From an uncultured bacterium (lineage in GTDB: Bacteria > Krumholzibacteriota > Krumholzibacteriia > JACNKJ01): a stretch of 64,000 nt of DNA. Under the pieces are notes generated by a model. It had not been told where the DNA came from and made no database searches. It worked only from the letters and a program-made list of their open reading frames with translations. The position numbers and the translations under genes are program-made. Of this stretch, positions 45,397 through 54,881 are shown piece by piece. The stretch spans positions 3,232,001 to 3,296,000 of the forward strand of contig CAVOFT010000001.1 of assembly GCA_963695095.1 (NCBI GenBank), in the 5' to 3' direction. Every line of letters starts with the position of its first letter. Position 1 is the first letter of the stretch.

Positions 45397-45912
45397 CTAG
45401 GCGCCCCCCTCCGCGCCGCTCTCGGCGCCGATCGACAGGGGCGGCATGCTGCGCACGAAACCCAGGCGCTCGTAGCAGCGCTGGGCGCCCTCGTTCTCCT
45501 CGAAGACCATCAGGAAGCAGCGCGCGAGGCCCTGCGCCGCGAGCAGCGCGAGCACGCGCGTTACGGCCGCGCTCGCCAGCCCCCGCCGCCGGTGGGCGGG
45601 CAGCGTGTAGACCTGATTGAGGTAGCCCGTGGCCGACGAGAGCGCGATGGCCACGAGGGTATCCCCTCGGTAGACCAGCTGACCGCGCCCCTCGCCGTAG
45701 GTGCCGCCGGGGTCGGCGGCGAAGAGCATGGAGCGCTCGCAGAGGCCCTGGTCCCAGGGGCCGGCCGTGTAGGCGGGATCGGGGCAGCGGAGCATCAGCG
45801 CGATGCAGGCGTCCCAGTCCTCGTAGGCGTAGGGGCGCACCTGATAGTCCGCGGGCAGCGGCAGGGGCGCTACCTGGTCGAGATGCGTGTGGTCCATGCG
45901 CAGCATGCGCAT
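45397..45912 (-). CDS. GNAT N-acetyltransferase
   Basis: VYTLPAHRRRGLA, ENEGAQRCYERLGF. Confidence 0.85.
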   Translation of the reverse strand: MRMLRMDHTHLDQVAPLPLPADYQVRPYAYEDWDACIALMLRCPDPAYTAGPWDQGLCERSMLFAADPGGTYGEGRGQLVYRGDTLVAIALSSATGYLNQVYTLPAHRRRGLASAAVTRVLALLAAQGLARCFLMVFEENEGAQRCYERLGFVRSMPPLSIGAESGAEGGA

Positions 45913-45923
45913 GGCGGGCCTCC

Positions 45924-47225
45924 TCAGTCGCCGCGCTCGAGCTGGTCCCAGAGCGCCGCCGCCGCCACGCGGAGGCCGATCTCCAGGGCCGCCTCGTCGG
46001 GCGTGTAGGTCGCCGTGTGCAGACTGGCCGCTCCGCTCGTGCCGCCGGGCGGCGCCGTGCCCAGCCGGAACTGGAAGCCGGGCACCTCGCGGCCGTAGTA
46101 GGCGAAGTCCTCGCCGCCCATGCCGGGCAGGTAGGCCTGCGGCGCCGCGGGGCCAAGCACGCGCTCGACCACGGCCATCACCTGCTTGACGAGGGCGGGG
46201 TCGTTGTAGCCGGCCGCGGTGCCGAAGTAGTACTCGAGCGCCGGCTCGGGCGCGCCGGCGGCGGCGGCGAGGCCGTTCACGGTGCGCGTCACCTTGTCGG
46301 CCAGGGCCTGCCGCGTGCTGTCGTCCTGGCTGCGCACGGTGGCCTCGATGAGGACCTCGCTCGGAATCACGTTGCTCTTCGCTCCGCCTTCGATGCGGCC
46401 CACCGAGATGACGGCGTGGCGGTTCACGTCGATCTCGCGGGCCACGAGGGTCTGGAAGGCGATCACCATCTCGGCGGCCAGGGTGACGGGATCCGTGCCC
46501 CGGTGCGGATAGGCGCCGTGGCCGCCCTCGCCCTTCACGGTGAGGACGAAGCCGTCCACGTTGGCCGTCGCCCAGCCCGGGCAGTAGCCGATCTGCCCCA
46601 CTTCCAGCGTGGGGTGCACGTGCAGGGCGAGGATGCTCCTGGGCCGCCGGCCCTCGGCGAAGAGCCCGGCGGCGAGCAGCTGCGTGGAGCCGGCACCGAT
46701 CTCCTCGGCCGGCTGGAAGACGAGCATCAGCGTGCCGGGCAGCTCGGCGCGCAGCGCGCTCGCGAGCCGCGCCAGGCCGAGGCCCACGGCCATGTGGATG
46801 TCGTGCCCGCAGGCGTGCATCACGCCGGCTTCACGGCCCCCGCTGACCGTGTCCCTGCGCGTGCAGGCGAAGTCGAGGCCGGTGGCCTCGGTGAGGGGCA
46901 GCGCGTCCATGTCCGCGCGCCAGGCAACCAGGGGCCCGCTCTTGCCGCCGCGGATGAGCGCTACCAGCCCCGTGCCCCAATCGCCCGGCACCAGCTCGAC
47001 GCCGGGCAGCGCGGCGAGCTGCTTGCGGAGATAGGCCTGGGTCTCGATCTCGCGCAGGGAGAGCTCGGCGTGGGCGTGCAGCCAGTGGCGGTCGGCCTGC
47101 ATGGTGTCGGCGAGACGGGCCGCAGCGGCGTCGAGGTCCGGCGCGGAGAAGGCGGCCGGCGCGAGGGCGGCGGCTATCGCGAAGGCAGCAAGGGCGAGCG
47201 AGAGCAAGCGGGCAGCGCGGCGCAT
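45924..47225 (-). CDS. M20 family amidohydrolase with signal peptide
   Basis: RADMDALP, MHACGHDIH, FQPAEE, GGHGAYPH, MGGEDFAYY, LH. Confidence 0.92.
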   Translation of the reverse strand: MRRAARLLSLALAAFAIAAALAPAAFSAPDLDAAAARLADTMQADRHWLHAHAELSLREIETQAYLRKQLAALPGVELVPGDWGTGLVALIRGGKSGPLVAWRADMDALPLTEATGLDFACTRRDTVSGGREAGVMHACGHDIHMAVGLGLARLASALRAELPGTLMLVFQPAEEIGAGSTQLLAAGLFAEGRRPRSILALHVHPTLEVGQIGYCPGWATANVDGFVLTVKGEGGHGAYPHRGTDPVTLAAEMVIAFQTLVAREIDVNRHAVISVGRIEGGAKSNVIPSEVLIEATVRSQDDSTRQALADKVTRTVNGLAAAAGAPEPALEYYFGTAAGYNDPALVKQVMAVVERVLGPAAPQAYLPGMGGEDFAYYGREVPGFQFRLGTAPPGGTSGAASLHTATYTPDEAALEIGLRVAAAALWDQLERGD

Positions 47226-47307
47226 GGGGCTCCTTTCGCTGGCCGGCAGTCTAGCGCAGCGACAGGCCCGCGGGAACCCCTTTGGCGCAGGGGCCGCAGC
47301 GGCGCAC

Positions 47308-48018
47308 TCAGCGCGGGGAGACCGCAAGCAACTGCGCGATGGCCCCCGCGAGCTGGTCCGGGCGATCAACCGTGAGATCCGGCGCTTCACTAGGCCCACG
47401 CGGTTCCTGGGCGGCATGCGAGCCGTGGACAAGGCGCAGCGTGCGCATGCCGAGGCGCTTGGCCGGCAGCACGTCGTTGTCGATGCGGTCGCCCACCATG
47501 AGGCAGTCGGCGGCATCGGCGCCGGCGGCCGCGAGCAGCGCGAGGAAGAAGCGCGGGTCGGGCTTGGCCAGCTCGAGGGTCTCGGAGACCTCCTTCACCG
47601 CGAAGTGGCGCAGCAGCCCCAGCGCTTCCAGCCGCATCAGGGCCCGCGGCGAGTTGTTGCTGGCGAGCACGAGCTGATGCCCGGCCGCGGCGAGCGCCTC
47701 GAGCAGGGGCGCCGTGGCGGCGAAGGGCGTCGTGAAGCCGGCGTACTCGGCGTCACTGAGCGCATCCCAGCGCGCGCGGACTTCCCCGATGATGATGGCC
47801 GTGAGCGCGGCATCGCCGCCCGTGAGCGTGGCGATCACCGCGCGCCAGGCGCTGGGCGCGAAGTCGGCCACGGCCTGGGCGTGGGCGGCGGCGAGGTCGT
47901 CATCGGTGACACGGAAGCTGCGGGCGCGCAGGGCGGTGCCGATGTTGGCCAGCGTCAGCGCGTCGCCGGCCTCGTCGCTCCAGAGCACGTTGCCGATGTC
48001 GAAGAGGAGGGTGGGCAT
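47308..48018 (-). CDS. HAD-family hydrolase
   Basis: LLFDIGNVL, LASN, KPDPRFF, MVGDRIDNDV. Confidence 0.88.
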   Translation of the reverse strand: MPTLLFDIGNVLWSDEAGDALTLANIGTALRARSFRVTDDDLAAAHAQAVADFAPSAWRAVIATLTGGDAALTAIIIGEVRARWDALSDAEYAGFTTPFAATAPLLEALAAAGHQLVLASNNSPRALMRLEALGLLRHFAVKEVSETLELAKPDPRFFLALLAAAGADAADCLMVGDRIDNDVLPAKRLGMRTLRLVHGSHAAQEPRGPSEAPDLTVDRPDQLAGAIAQLLAVSPR

Positions 48019-48062
48019 GGGCCGAAGGTAGCATGGCTCGCGGCGAGGCGGGTACCCTGGCT

Positions 48063-49901
48063 TCAGTACCCGGCACCCGCTGGTGCGAAGTCCGAGCTGC
48101 GCTCCAGCGCCGCTCGGCGCTCGGCGCTCAGGAAGGGCGCCATCTGGGCTTCGGCGAAGGCCGCATCCTGGGTGCCGACATTCGCATACCAGTAGATCGG
48201 CGCCCCGCGCTCGACAAGCCGGCGCTGAAGCGCCAGCAGGCGCTCGGGGCGCTCGCGAAGGGCGCGGGGCGTGAGGCCGGTAGCCAGGCACTCGGCCACC
48301 GCCGCACCCGCCGCCTCGCCGATGGCCCAGTCCACCGGATGCAGGCGGTAGCAGCCGCCGGCGATGCGCGTGGTGCCGATGCAAAGCCCGGCCGCGAGCA
48401 GGTTCTCCGCGCGCCGCGGAATCAACGCGCCCAGGGGAATCTGGAAGGGCCGCGTGGCCGGAGGCGGCAGCACCTCATCGCAGGGGCCGGGGTGGATGTC
48501 GATGCCGTAGGCGCCGATGCCCACCGCATCAGCGAAGAAGCGTCCGCGCAGCGCGCCGCCCAGCTGGGCCGCCGCCACGTCCTGCTCGCGCACGGTGGTG
48601 ATCGCCTTGATGCGCCGCGCCTCGCGGATGTAGGGGTGCAGGGGCAGGCCGTCCTCGCTGCCGAAGAGGTCCTGGCGCAGGCGCAGCTCGGGATAGCCGC
48701 GCCCGCCCGCCCCGCGCGGCCACTCCGTCTGCACCCAGTGGACGAAGCAAAGGCTCTGCTGCTTGGCGGCTTGCAGATGGGCGAGCTGTTCAGCGGGCGT
48801 GCCCGCCAGCAGGCTGCCGCCTCGATAGTCGATGGCCGGCAGGTTCACCAGAGCCAGCTCGTAGGGCTGCGCGTCGCGCGTGAAGAGCTCGCTGTCGATG
48901 AGCCGGCGATAGGTCCAGAGCGACCCCGGTGCACCGGGCGGCACCTCCTCGAGAGCGAGCCCATCGCCGGCCGCGGCAAAGAGGCCAGGCGAAGCCAGCT
49001 CGGCGGGCGCAAAGGCCCCACGCTCCCCACCGCAGCCGGGCGCGGGCGGCAGCAGGTGGCTTTCGCCCGACCGCTTCTCGAGGATGAACGAGTAGGTGAA
49101 GGCCTGCACGCAGTCGGGATTGGCCCGTGCGGGCGCGCTGGGCTCGCCGGTTTCGCTGCGCGCCTCCGCGCCGACGGCGTGTTCGATGCCCGCGAGTGGC
49201 AGCAGATCGCCCAGCGGCGTGGCCTCGATGAAGTAGGCGGCCGCGATGCGGCAGGTCGCGCCCGTGTCGAGATCCACCGCGTCGAGCGCGAGGAGGCGAT
49301 CCCCGGCCAACTCCGTCCGAAAGGCCTTGTGCCGGCGCAGCACGGTGAGCCGCCCCGCCGCGACCTGCGGCGCGAGCAGGCTGTCGAGTGCTGCCGCTCC
49401 CACCGCGGGCTCGCAGGCCAGTCGGCTCGCCCAGCAGTTGCCCGGATTGAAGTCGCCGGCCGTGTCCGGCGCGCGCAGCTGCGGCCGGTAGTGCGCGCGG
49501 ATGCGCGCTCGCAAGTCCTGGTAGCTGCGCGTGGCGCCGCTGGTCTCGACCCAGTAGTTCTCGTCGAGCACCGGCACGCCCTGCGCGCTGAGCTGCCCGC
49601 CCAGCCAGCGCGTCTCCTCCGTGAGGATCACGCGAAGGCCAGCTTCGCAGGCAGCCAGGGCCGCCGCGCTGCCCGCGAGCCCGCCGCCCGCGATGCAGAG
49701 GTCCGCGCGCAGCTCCCGCGCAGGCGCGGTCGCGTCGACCGCGACGAGACGCAGCTCCTGGACATCGAGAAGCGCGATCGACTCGCCGGGCGCGACGCCG
49801 GACCCGCCCCCGGGAGCGGGTTCCGTGCAGAGCGCCACCTGCGCGGGCATTCCGACAAGCAGAACCAGGCAGGCTGTCAGCATCCCTGTCAATCGACGCA
49901 T
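48063..49901 (-). CDS. Exported FAD-dependent oxidoreductase
   Basis: Signal-like N-terminus, IAGGGLAG, WLGGQLSAQGV, IEATPLGDLLPLAG, PYIREARRI, YRLHPVDWAIGEAAG. Confidence 0.85.
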   Translation of the reverse strand: MRRLTGMLTACLVLLVGMPAQVALCTEPAPGGGSGVAPGESIALLDVQELRLVAVDATAPARELRADLCIAGGGLAGSAAALAACEAGLRVILTEETRWLGGQLSAQGVPVLDENYWVETSGATRSYQDLRARIRAHYRPQLRAPDTAGDFNPGNCWASRLACEPAVGAAALDSLLAPQVAAGRLTVLRRHKAFRTELAGDRLLALDAVDLDTGATCRIAAAYFIEATPLGDLLPLAGIEHAVGAEARSETGEPSAPARANPDCVQAFTYSFILEKRSGESHLLPPAPGCGGERGAFAPAELASPGLFAAAGDGLALEEVPPGAPGSLWTYRRLIDSELFTRDAQPYELALVNLPAIDYRGGSLLAGTPAEQLAHLQAAKQQSLCFVHWVQTEWPRGAGGRGYPELRLRQDLFGSEDGLPLHPYIREARRIKAITTVREQDVAAAQLGGALRGRFFADAVGIGAYGIDIHPGPCDEVLPPPATRPFQIPLGALIPRRAENLLAAGLCIGTTRIAGGCYRLHPVDWAIGEAAGAAVAECLATGLTPRALRERPERLLALQRRLVERGAPIYWYANVGTQDAAFAEAQMAPFLSAERRAALERSSDFAPAGAGY

Positions 49902-49981
49902 GCCGCCAGGATACCGCCAACGCGCGTGGCCGGCAATCGGACGCCGCAAACGCCGAGACCTCGCAGTGAGCGCCGGGGAGA

Positions 49982-50021
49982 TTGCCACGTGGCAACTCGG
50001 GCCCGACTTGTCACGTGACAA
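49982..50021. promoter_or_regulatory. Tandem perfect palindromes TTGCCACGTGGCAA and TTGTCACGTGACAA
   Basis: 14-bp palindromes at 49982-49995 and 50008-50021 in a divergent intergenic region. Confidence 0.55.
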
Positions 50022-50158
50022 GCCCGCGGGGCGCTCCAACGGTTTCCCATCGGACAGCGCAGCCCGGAATCGATGAATTTCCGCCGCCCGACTTCCCTCG
50101 CCCAGCGCACATGGAGTACGCTCTTCAGCCTGCCCCGCAGCCCCCGAGGTAGCTCGCC

Positions 50159-50650
50159 ATGAACTACCAGTCGCGCGCTCGCCTGCTCGGACTGCCGCTC
50201 GTCCACATCGCCACCGGCCAGCACCTGGACGGCGGCTACCGGCGCGGCATCGCCAAGGGCTGGATCGCCATCGGCGACATCGCCATCGGCGTGCTCTTCG
50301 GTGCGGGCGGCCTGGCGACGGGCGCCGTCTGCGTGGGCGGCCTCGCGGCCGGCGGCCTGGCCATCGGCGGGCTGGTCATGGGCCTGGCCGCAGTGGGCGG
50401 CCTCGCCTTCGGGTTCCTCGCCGTGGGCGGCGCCGCGCTCGGCAGCTCGGGCGCCCTGGGTGGACTCGCCATCGCCGGCGAGTTCGCGCGCGGGGGCGTC
50501 GCCCTCGCCTTCCACGCCAACGACCTCAGCGCCGACGAGTACTTCAACGGCCATCCCTTCTTCCGCAGCGCCTCACTGCTCATGCAGTACTCGATGGCGC
50601 TGGTCGCGCTGGTTTTCGTCCTCGCGCGGCTCGTGCGACGGGGCCGCTAG
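50159..50650 (+). CDS. Gly/Ala-rich membrane protein
   Basis: YQS..LLGLPLVHIA, AKGWIAIGDIAIG, repeated GGLAxG. Confidence 0.75.
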   Translation: MNYQSRARLLGLPLVHIATGQHLDGGYRRGIAKGWIAIGDIAIGVLFGAGGLATGAVCVGGLAAGGLAIGGLVMGLAAVGGLAFGFLAVGGAALGSSGALGGLAIAGEFARGGVALAFHANDLSADEYFNGHPFFRSASLLMQYSMALVALVFVLARLVRRGR

Positions 50651-50903
50651 CGCCGCGGGGCCCGACCCGCGCGAGGGGCCTCATGCCCCGCACGATCGCT
50701 CTCCTGCGCGCCATCGACATGGGCGGCCCCAGGGTCGCCATGGACGCCCGGCGCCGGAATCATGCAATGTAGGAATTCACACAATATGAGTGATATTACA
50801 GACCAATCTAGCTTGGTACATGGTAGAATTGCGGAATCTCCGGGTACTCCGGGCGCTTGATTCACGGCCCCACGCGGGCCGCAGCGACGATGGAGGACCT
50901 CAC

Positions 50904-52673
50904 ATGAAATTCCCTCGGCAATTCCGAACGCTCGCCCCTCGCCTGCTCCTGCTGCTGGCCGGAACGGCCCTCGCCCTGCCTGCTCTGGGCGCCGAGATGG
51001 GCGTTGGTTGCGGCGCGCCTGGGCAGGGCGGCTGGATCCGCATGTCGATCACGATCGCGCGACCCACTCTCCCCGATGGCACCCAGGTCACGGAGACCGC
51101 CATCATCGAGATGCAGATCACCGGCCCCCCCGACTGGACCGCTGAGGACAAGGCCGAGATCTTTCGCCTCAGCCTGCCGCCCGAGTTCGAGGGCAAGATC
51201 AAGCTCAGCGGTGAAGGCACGGAGGTCTGGGCCACCGGCCTGAACGGCTGGCGGGTCGCGTCGATGAGCATCTTCGGCGACGAGACCAACGAGCCCGACG
51301 CCAATCTCTCCTACGTGACACCGACGGATGAACTCGCCCTCTGCTCGCTGAGCGGCGTCGCGAGCGGTCTGAACGCCACCGGCGCGCCCGGCCGTTTCGC
51401 GCTCAACGCGGGCGGCCATGCCGTGATGGTGCCGACCGCGCCCGGCATGCCGGCCCAGATCGTCGAGCAGCAGGTATTCTCGCAGCTCATGGCGCAGGGC
51501 GCCGTGGTTCGCTTTGCGTCGCTCGCGGACCTCGGGTTGCTGGGCGCGGTGCCGACCGACGGCTCGGTGCTGGTCATCGAAGGACTCGACGCCACCGGAC
51601 TCGCGCAGCAGCTCTCCGACACGGGGCTCAGCGTCGACGTCGCGGGGCTGGCCAGCCCGCCGCTGCCGCCCGCGGATCCCGCCGCCACGATTCCAGGCAC
51701 CGAGCCCGACGGCAGCTTCGTGGCCTTCGGTACCGGCAGCCTGCCGCCCCTGCCCGCCGACTTCTTCTATCCCGGCTCGGACCCCTTCTACGGCACCGTG
51801 TACTCTGCCGGGGAACCCATCGATCCGACGCTCCTGGGCGACGCCTCGACAATGATCCAGCGGCACGGCGGCTTCATGGATCCGGGCGCGCCGCTCGGCA
51901 CCGTGGCGGAGATCCCGATCGAGATCCTCGCCCTGCACCTGGTCTCCTGCCAGCCGATCACGGTGACCTACAACGGCGGCACGCAGCCGGAGCCCTGGAA
52001 CATCCGCGTCGGCCTATCCGTGAGCCAGCCCTCGGTGGGCACGCTCGAGGCGACGAAGACCCATCCCAACGGCGGCACCTTCAGTTCGACCTTCCTCGTG
52101 CAGCCGCGCTTCACCTTCACGCGCGTGAGCGACCAGCTGCAGGTGGAGCTGGACGCCGGCCTGCCGCCGCTGGCCTTCACGGCGACCGATGGGCACTGGG
52201 TCCATGCGTTGAACCCCGACCTCGAGCTCATTGCCTTCGCGGACGGGTCCTTCGTGCCGGGCGTCGAGGAAGTCGTACCGGGCGATCCACTCTCGCAGCA
52301 GCCGCGGCGCTTGCACGCCCATGAGGCCAGCGGCGCCGCGCAGCACACCGGCTTCCCAGCGCAGCGACAGCCCACGGCCGTGCCGGCCGCGCCGGGTGGC
52401 AACTTCTGGGTGCGCAGCTTCCCGAATCCGGGCAATCCCAGCCTGCGGATCGCCTACGCGATGCCCGCGCGGGGAGCGATCGCGATTGCCATCTACGACC
52501 TGCGGGGCGAGCGCGTCAGGACGCTCGTTGGCGGGGTCGTCGACGCGGGCGCGAACTCGGTGGTCTGGGACGGCAGGGATGACCGCGGGGTGCGGACAGC
52601 GTCGGGCATCTACCTGTGCCGAATTGAAGCGCTGGGCCGCTCGGCCAGCACGAAGCTCGCTCTGCTGAAGTAG
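50904..52673 (+). CDS. Secreted hypothetical protein with FlgD-Ig C-terminal domain
   Basis: GGAGG SD, signal peptide, SFPNPGNP...IYDLRGERVRTL...WDGRDDRG...ASGIYLCR...KLALLK. Confidence 0.8.
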   Translation: MKFPRQFRTLAPRLLLLLAGTALALPALGAEMGVGCGAPGQGGWIRMSITIARPTLPDGTQVTETAIIEMQITGPPDWTAEDKAEIFRLSLPPEFEGKIKLSGEGTEVWATGLNGWRVASMSIFGDETNEPDANLSYVTPTDELALCSLSGVASGLNATGAPGRFALNAGGHAVMVPTAPGMPAQIVEQQVFSQLMAQGAVVRFASLADLGLLGAVPTDGSVLVIEGLDATGLAQQLSDTGLSVDVAGLASPPLPPADPAATIPGTEPDGSFVAFGTGSLPPLPADFFYPGSDPFYGTVYSAGEPIDPTLLGDASTMIQRHGGFMDPGAPLGTVAEIPIEILALHLVSCQPITVTYNGGTQPEPWNIRVGLSVSQPSVGTLEATKTHPNGGTFSSTFLVQPRFTFTRVSDQLQVELDAGLPPLAFTATDGHWVHALNPDLELIAFADGSFVPGVEEVVPGDPLSQQPRRLHAHEASGAAQHTGFPAQRQPTAVPAAPGGNFWVRSFPNPGNPSLRIAYAMPARGAIAIAIYDLRGERVRTLVGGVVDAGANSVVWDGRDDRGVRTASGIYLCRIEALGRSASTKLALLK

Positions 52674-52785
52674 GCGCGCTAGCTCGCTGTGGTCCGAGTC
52701 GCGCGTCTGTCTCCGCTCTGATCGCAAGCGAGCCTCGCTCCGGGTCGCGGGCGTTGTTTCGCCCGCGAGAGGAGCGAAGTGAGCG

Positions 52786-53025
52786 TCAGAACACGTTCTC
52801 GACGCGGGTGATCTCGGGCACCTGCTGCTTGAGCGTGGCCTCGATGCCTGCGCGCAGGGTCATCGTGCTGGCCGGGCAGCCGTGGCAGGCCCCCACCAGG
52901 CGCACGAGCACCACGCCGTCCTCGGTGACGTCCACGAGGTCCACGTTGCCGCCGTCCATGATCAGGGCCGGCCGGATGATGTCCAGGGCCGCCTCGACAC
53001 GATCGTTCAGGGTCGCTTCCGTCAT
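52786..53025 (-). CDS. NifU C-terminal domain (Nfu-type) Fe-S carrier
   Basis: IRPALIMDGGNVDLV, GACHGCPASTMTL. Confidence 0.92.
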   Translation of the reverse strand: MTEATLNDRVEAALDIIRPALIMDGGNVDLVDVTEDGVVLVRLVGACHGCPASTMTLRAGIEATLKQQVPEITRVENVF

Positions 53026-53101
53026 TGGGTCCTCGCTTGCGGGCCGAGCCCTCTCGGCCGGGTGCTGGCCGGGCAGGCCCGGCGTGTACTGCCAGTCGCG
53101 C

Positions 53102-54316
53102 TCAGGCGCGCTGAACCGCCGGCAACTTGGCCAGCGCTTGCTCCAGGTCGGCCAGGATCTCGCCGCAATCCTCGATGCCCACGCTCAGGCGCACGAGGCC
53201 GTCGGTGATGCCGGCCTGACGCCTGAGTTCGGGCTTCATGCCCGCATGGGTCATGCTCGCCGGATGCTGGATCAGGGTCTCCACCCCGCCCAGGCTCACG
53301 GCGAGCGCGGCCAGTTCGACGCCCTCCATCAGCGCGCGGCCGGCCTCGAGGCCGCCCTTCAGCTCGAAGCTGAGCACGCCGCCGGGCCCGGTGGTCTGCT
53401 TCCGGCTGAGCGCATGGCCGGGGTCCGAGGGCAGGCCCGGGAAGCGCACCCAGTCCACGGCAGCATGCCCTTCCAGGAACTCGGCGATCGTCTGCGCGCT
53501 CGCGCAGTGGCGGGCCATGCGCAGGGCCAGGGTCTTGAGGCCGCGGTGCACGAGGAAGGCGTCATGCGGCGGCAGCGTGCCGCCGGCCAGGTTGAGCGTG
53601 GGCCGGAGCTGCTTCCAGTCGGCCTCGCTCTTGGGCACGATGACCCCGCCCACCACGTCGGCGTGGCCGTTGAGGAACTTCGTCAGGCTATGCATGACGA
53701 CGTCTGCCCCCAGCGCCAGCGGCTGCTGCAGGAGCGGCGTCAGGAAGGTGTTGTCCACCGTGAGCCGCGCGCCGACGGCGTGGGCCAGCTCGGCGGCGGC
53801 GGCCAGGTCCGTCACGCAGAGCATGGGGTTGCCCGGCGTCTCGATGTGGACGATGGCAGTCGTCGGCCGGATCGCGGCCTTCAGCGCCGCCAGGTCCGCG
53901 CTGTCGACGAAGGTGGTCTCCACGCCCAGGCGCGCGAAGAGGCCGTTCAGGAGGCTGGTCACGGGGCCGTAGACGGACTCGCTGCAGACCACGTGGTCGC
54001 CCGCCTTGAGGAAGGCGGCGAAGGTGGTGTGGATGGCCGCCATGCCGCTCGCGCAGGCCAGCCCCATGTAGCCGCCCTCGAGCTCGGCGAGGGCCCGCTC
54101 CAGCGCCTGCACGGTGGGGTTGCCCAGCCGCGTGTAGATGTGCCCCTCGCCCCGGTCAGCGCCGCCCGCGAAGAGGGCCGCCCCCTGGGCCACGCTGTCG
54201 AACTTGAAGGTGGATGTCTGGTAGATGGGCGGCACCACCGCCCGGTGCTCGTTCTCGCCCACCCCGGCGTGCACGCAGAGGGTGTCGGGCGAATGGCGCT
54301 TCGCGCTCTTGCTCAT
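53102..54316 (-). CDS. megL: Methionine gamma-lyase / Cys-Met metabolism PLP enzyme
   Basis: PPIYQTSTF, YTRLGNPT, ASGMAAI, IETPGNP, DNTF, HSLTKFLNGHADV, AVSLGGVETLIQHPASMTH. Confidence 0.8.
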   Translation of the reverse strand: MSKSAKRHSPDTLCVHAGVGENEHRAVVPPIYQTSTFKFDSVAQGAALFAGGADRGEGHIYTRLGNPTVQALERALAELEGGYMGLACASGMAAIHTTFAAFLKAGDHVVCSESVYGPVTSLLNGLFARLGVETTFVDSADLAALKAAIRPTTAIVHIETPGNPMLCVTDLAAAAELAHAVGARLTVDNTFLTPLLQQPLALGADVVMHSLTKFLNGHADVVGGVIVPKSEADWKQLRPTLNLAGGTLPPHDAFLVHRGLKTLALRMARHCASAQTIAEFLEGHAAVDWVRFPGLPSDPGHALSRKQTTGPGGVLSFELKGGLEAGRALMEGVELAALAVSLGGVETLIQHPASMTHAGMKPELRRQAGITDGLVRLSVGIEDCGEILADLEQALAKLPAVQRA

Positions 54317-54411
54317 GGGGGCTCCTCTTCGTCGGCGCGGCGAGCGGGTTCCTGAGAAGGCACTCTCAAAATAGTCCCGCCGGCCCTGCTTGTCACGCCC
54401 GCGCGGGCGCC

Positions 54412-54621
54412 TCAGGGGCCTTTGCTGCCGAGGCGGGCCTGGCCCAGCAATTCCCGAGCGCGATCCACCACGAAGGCATGCACCTCGAAGGTCGCCGCGA
54501 CGGCGTCGAGGGAACCCTTGAGCAGGAATTCCTGCCCGAGGGGATGGGCTTCGGCCCGATGGATGAGGCTGCGCACGGCTTGCTCGCTGGGCTCGAAAGC
54601 GCCTGGGCTGGCCTTGGGCAT
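54412..54621 (-). CDS. Small hypothetical protein
   Basis: GGAGG SD; MPKASPGAFEPSEQAVRSLIHRAEAHPLGQEFLLKGSLDAVAATFEVHAFVVDRARELL, with typical codon usage. Confidence 0.55.
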   Translation of the reverse strand: MPKASPGAFEPSEQAVRSLIHRAEAHPLGQEFLLKGSLDAVAATFEVHAFVVDRARELLGQARLGSKGP

Positions 54622-54881
54622 GGGCAGGGACCTCCTGGGCAGGAGAATGCGGCACGAGGCGGGCGCCTTACCCTCGACCTCATCCCATACGGCTCTGCCG
54701 GTGCGCCTGTCAAGCGGGGAGGGCTGCCCAGGCGGGCCCTTGGCCCGCCCGAAGCAGAAGCCGCACATACCGATTTCCTTCAATTCGTAAGAGATTTCAC
54801 TCCTTGTGGCCCCTATTTCGGATATTCTCGTTTATGTCTGGATCGCCAGCAACCTCTCTCTTGCCTCGCATGGAGGTGCGC

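Noticed and set aside
52733..52779. Hairpin between the convergent 50904 and nfu genes as a seventh copy of the element
   Set aside because: It lacks the GCGCCTGTGAAGCGGCGC core; probably an ordinary terminator-like stem.
54320..54411. SAM riboswitch before megL; half-site TTGTCACG at 54390
   Set aside because: No SAM-I/II consensus. The half-site is explained as the -35 (GTGACA-N17-TATTTT) of a minus-strand promoter.
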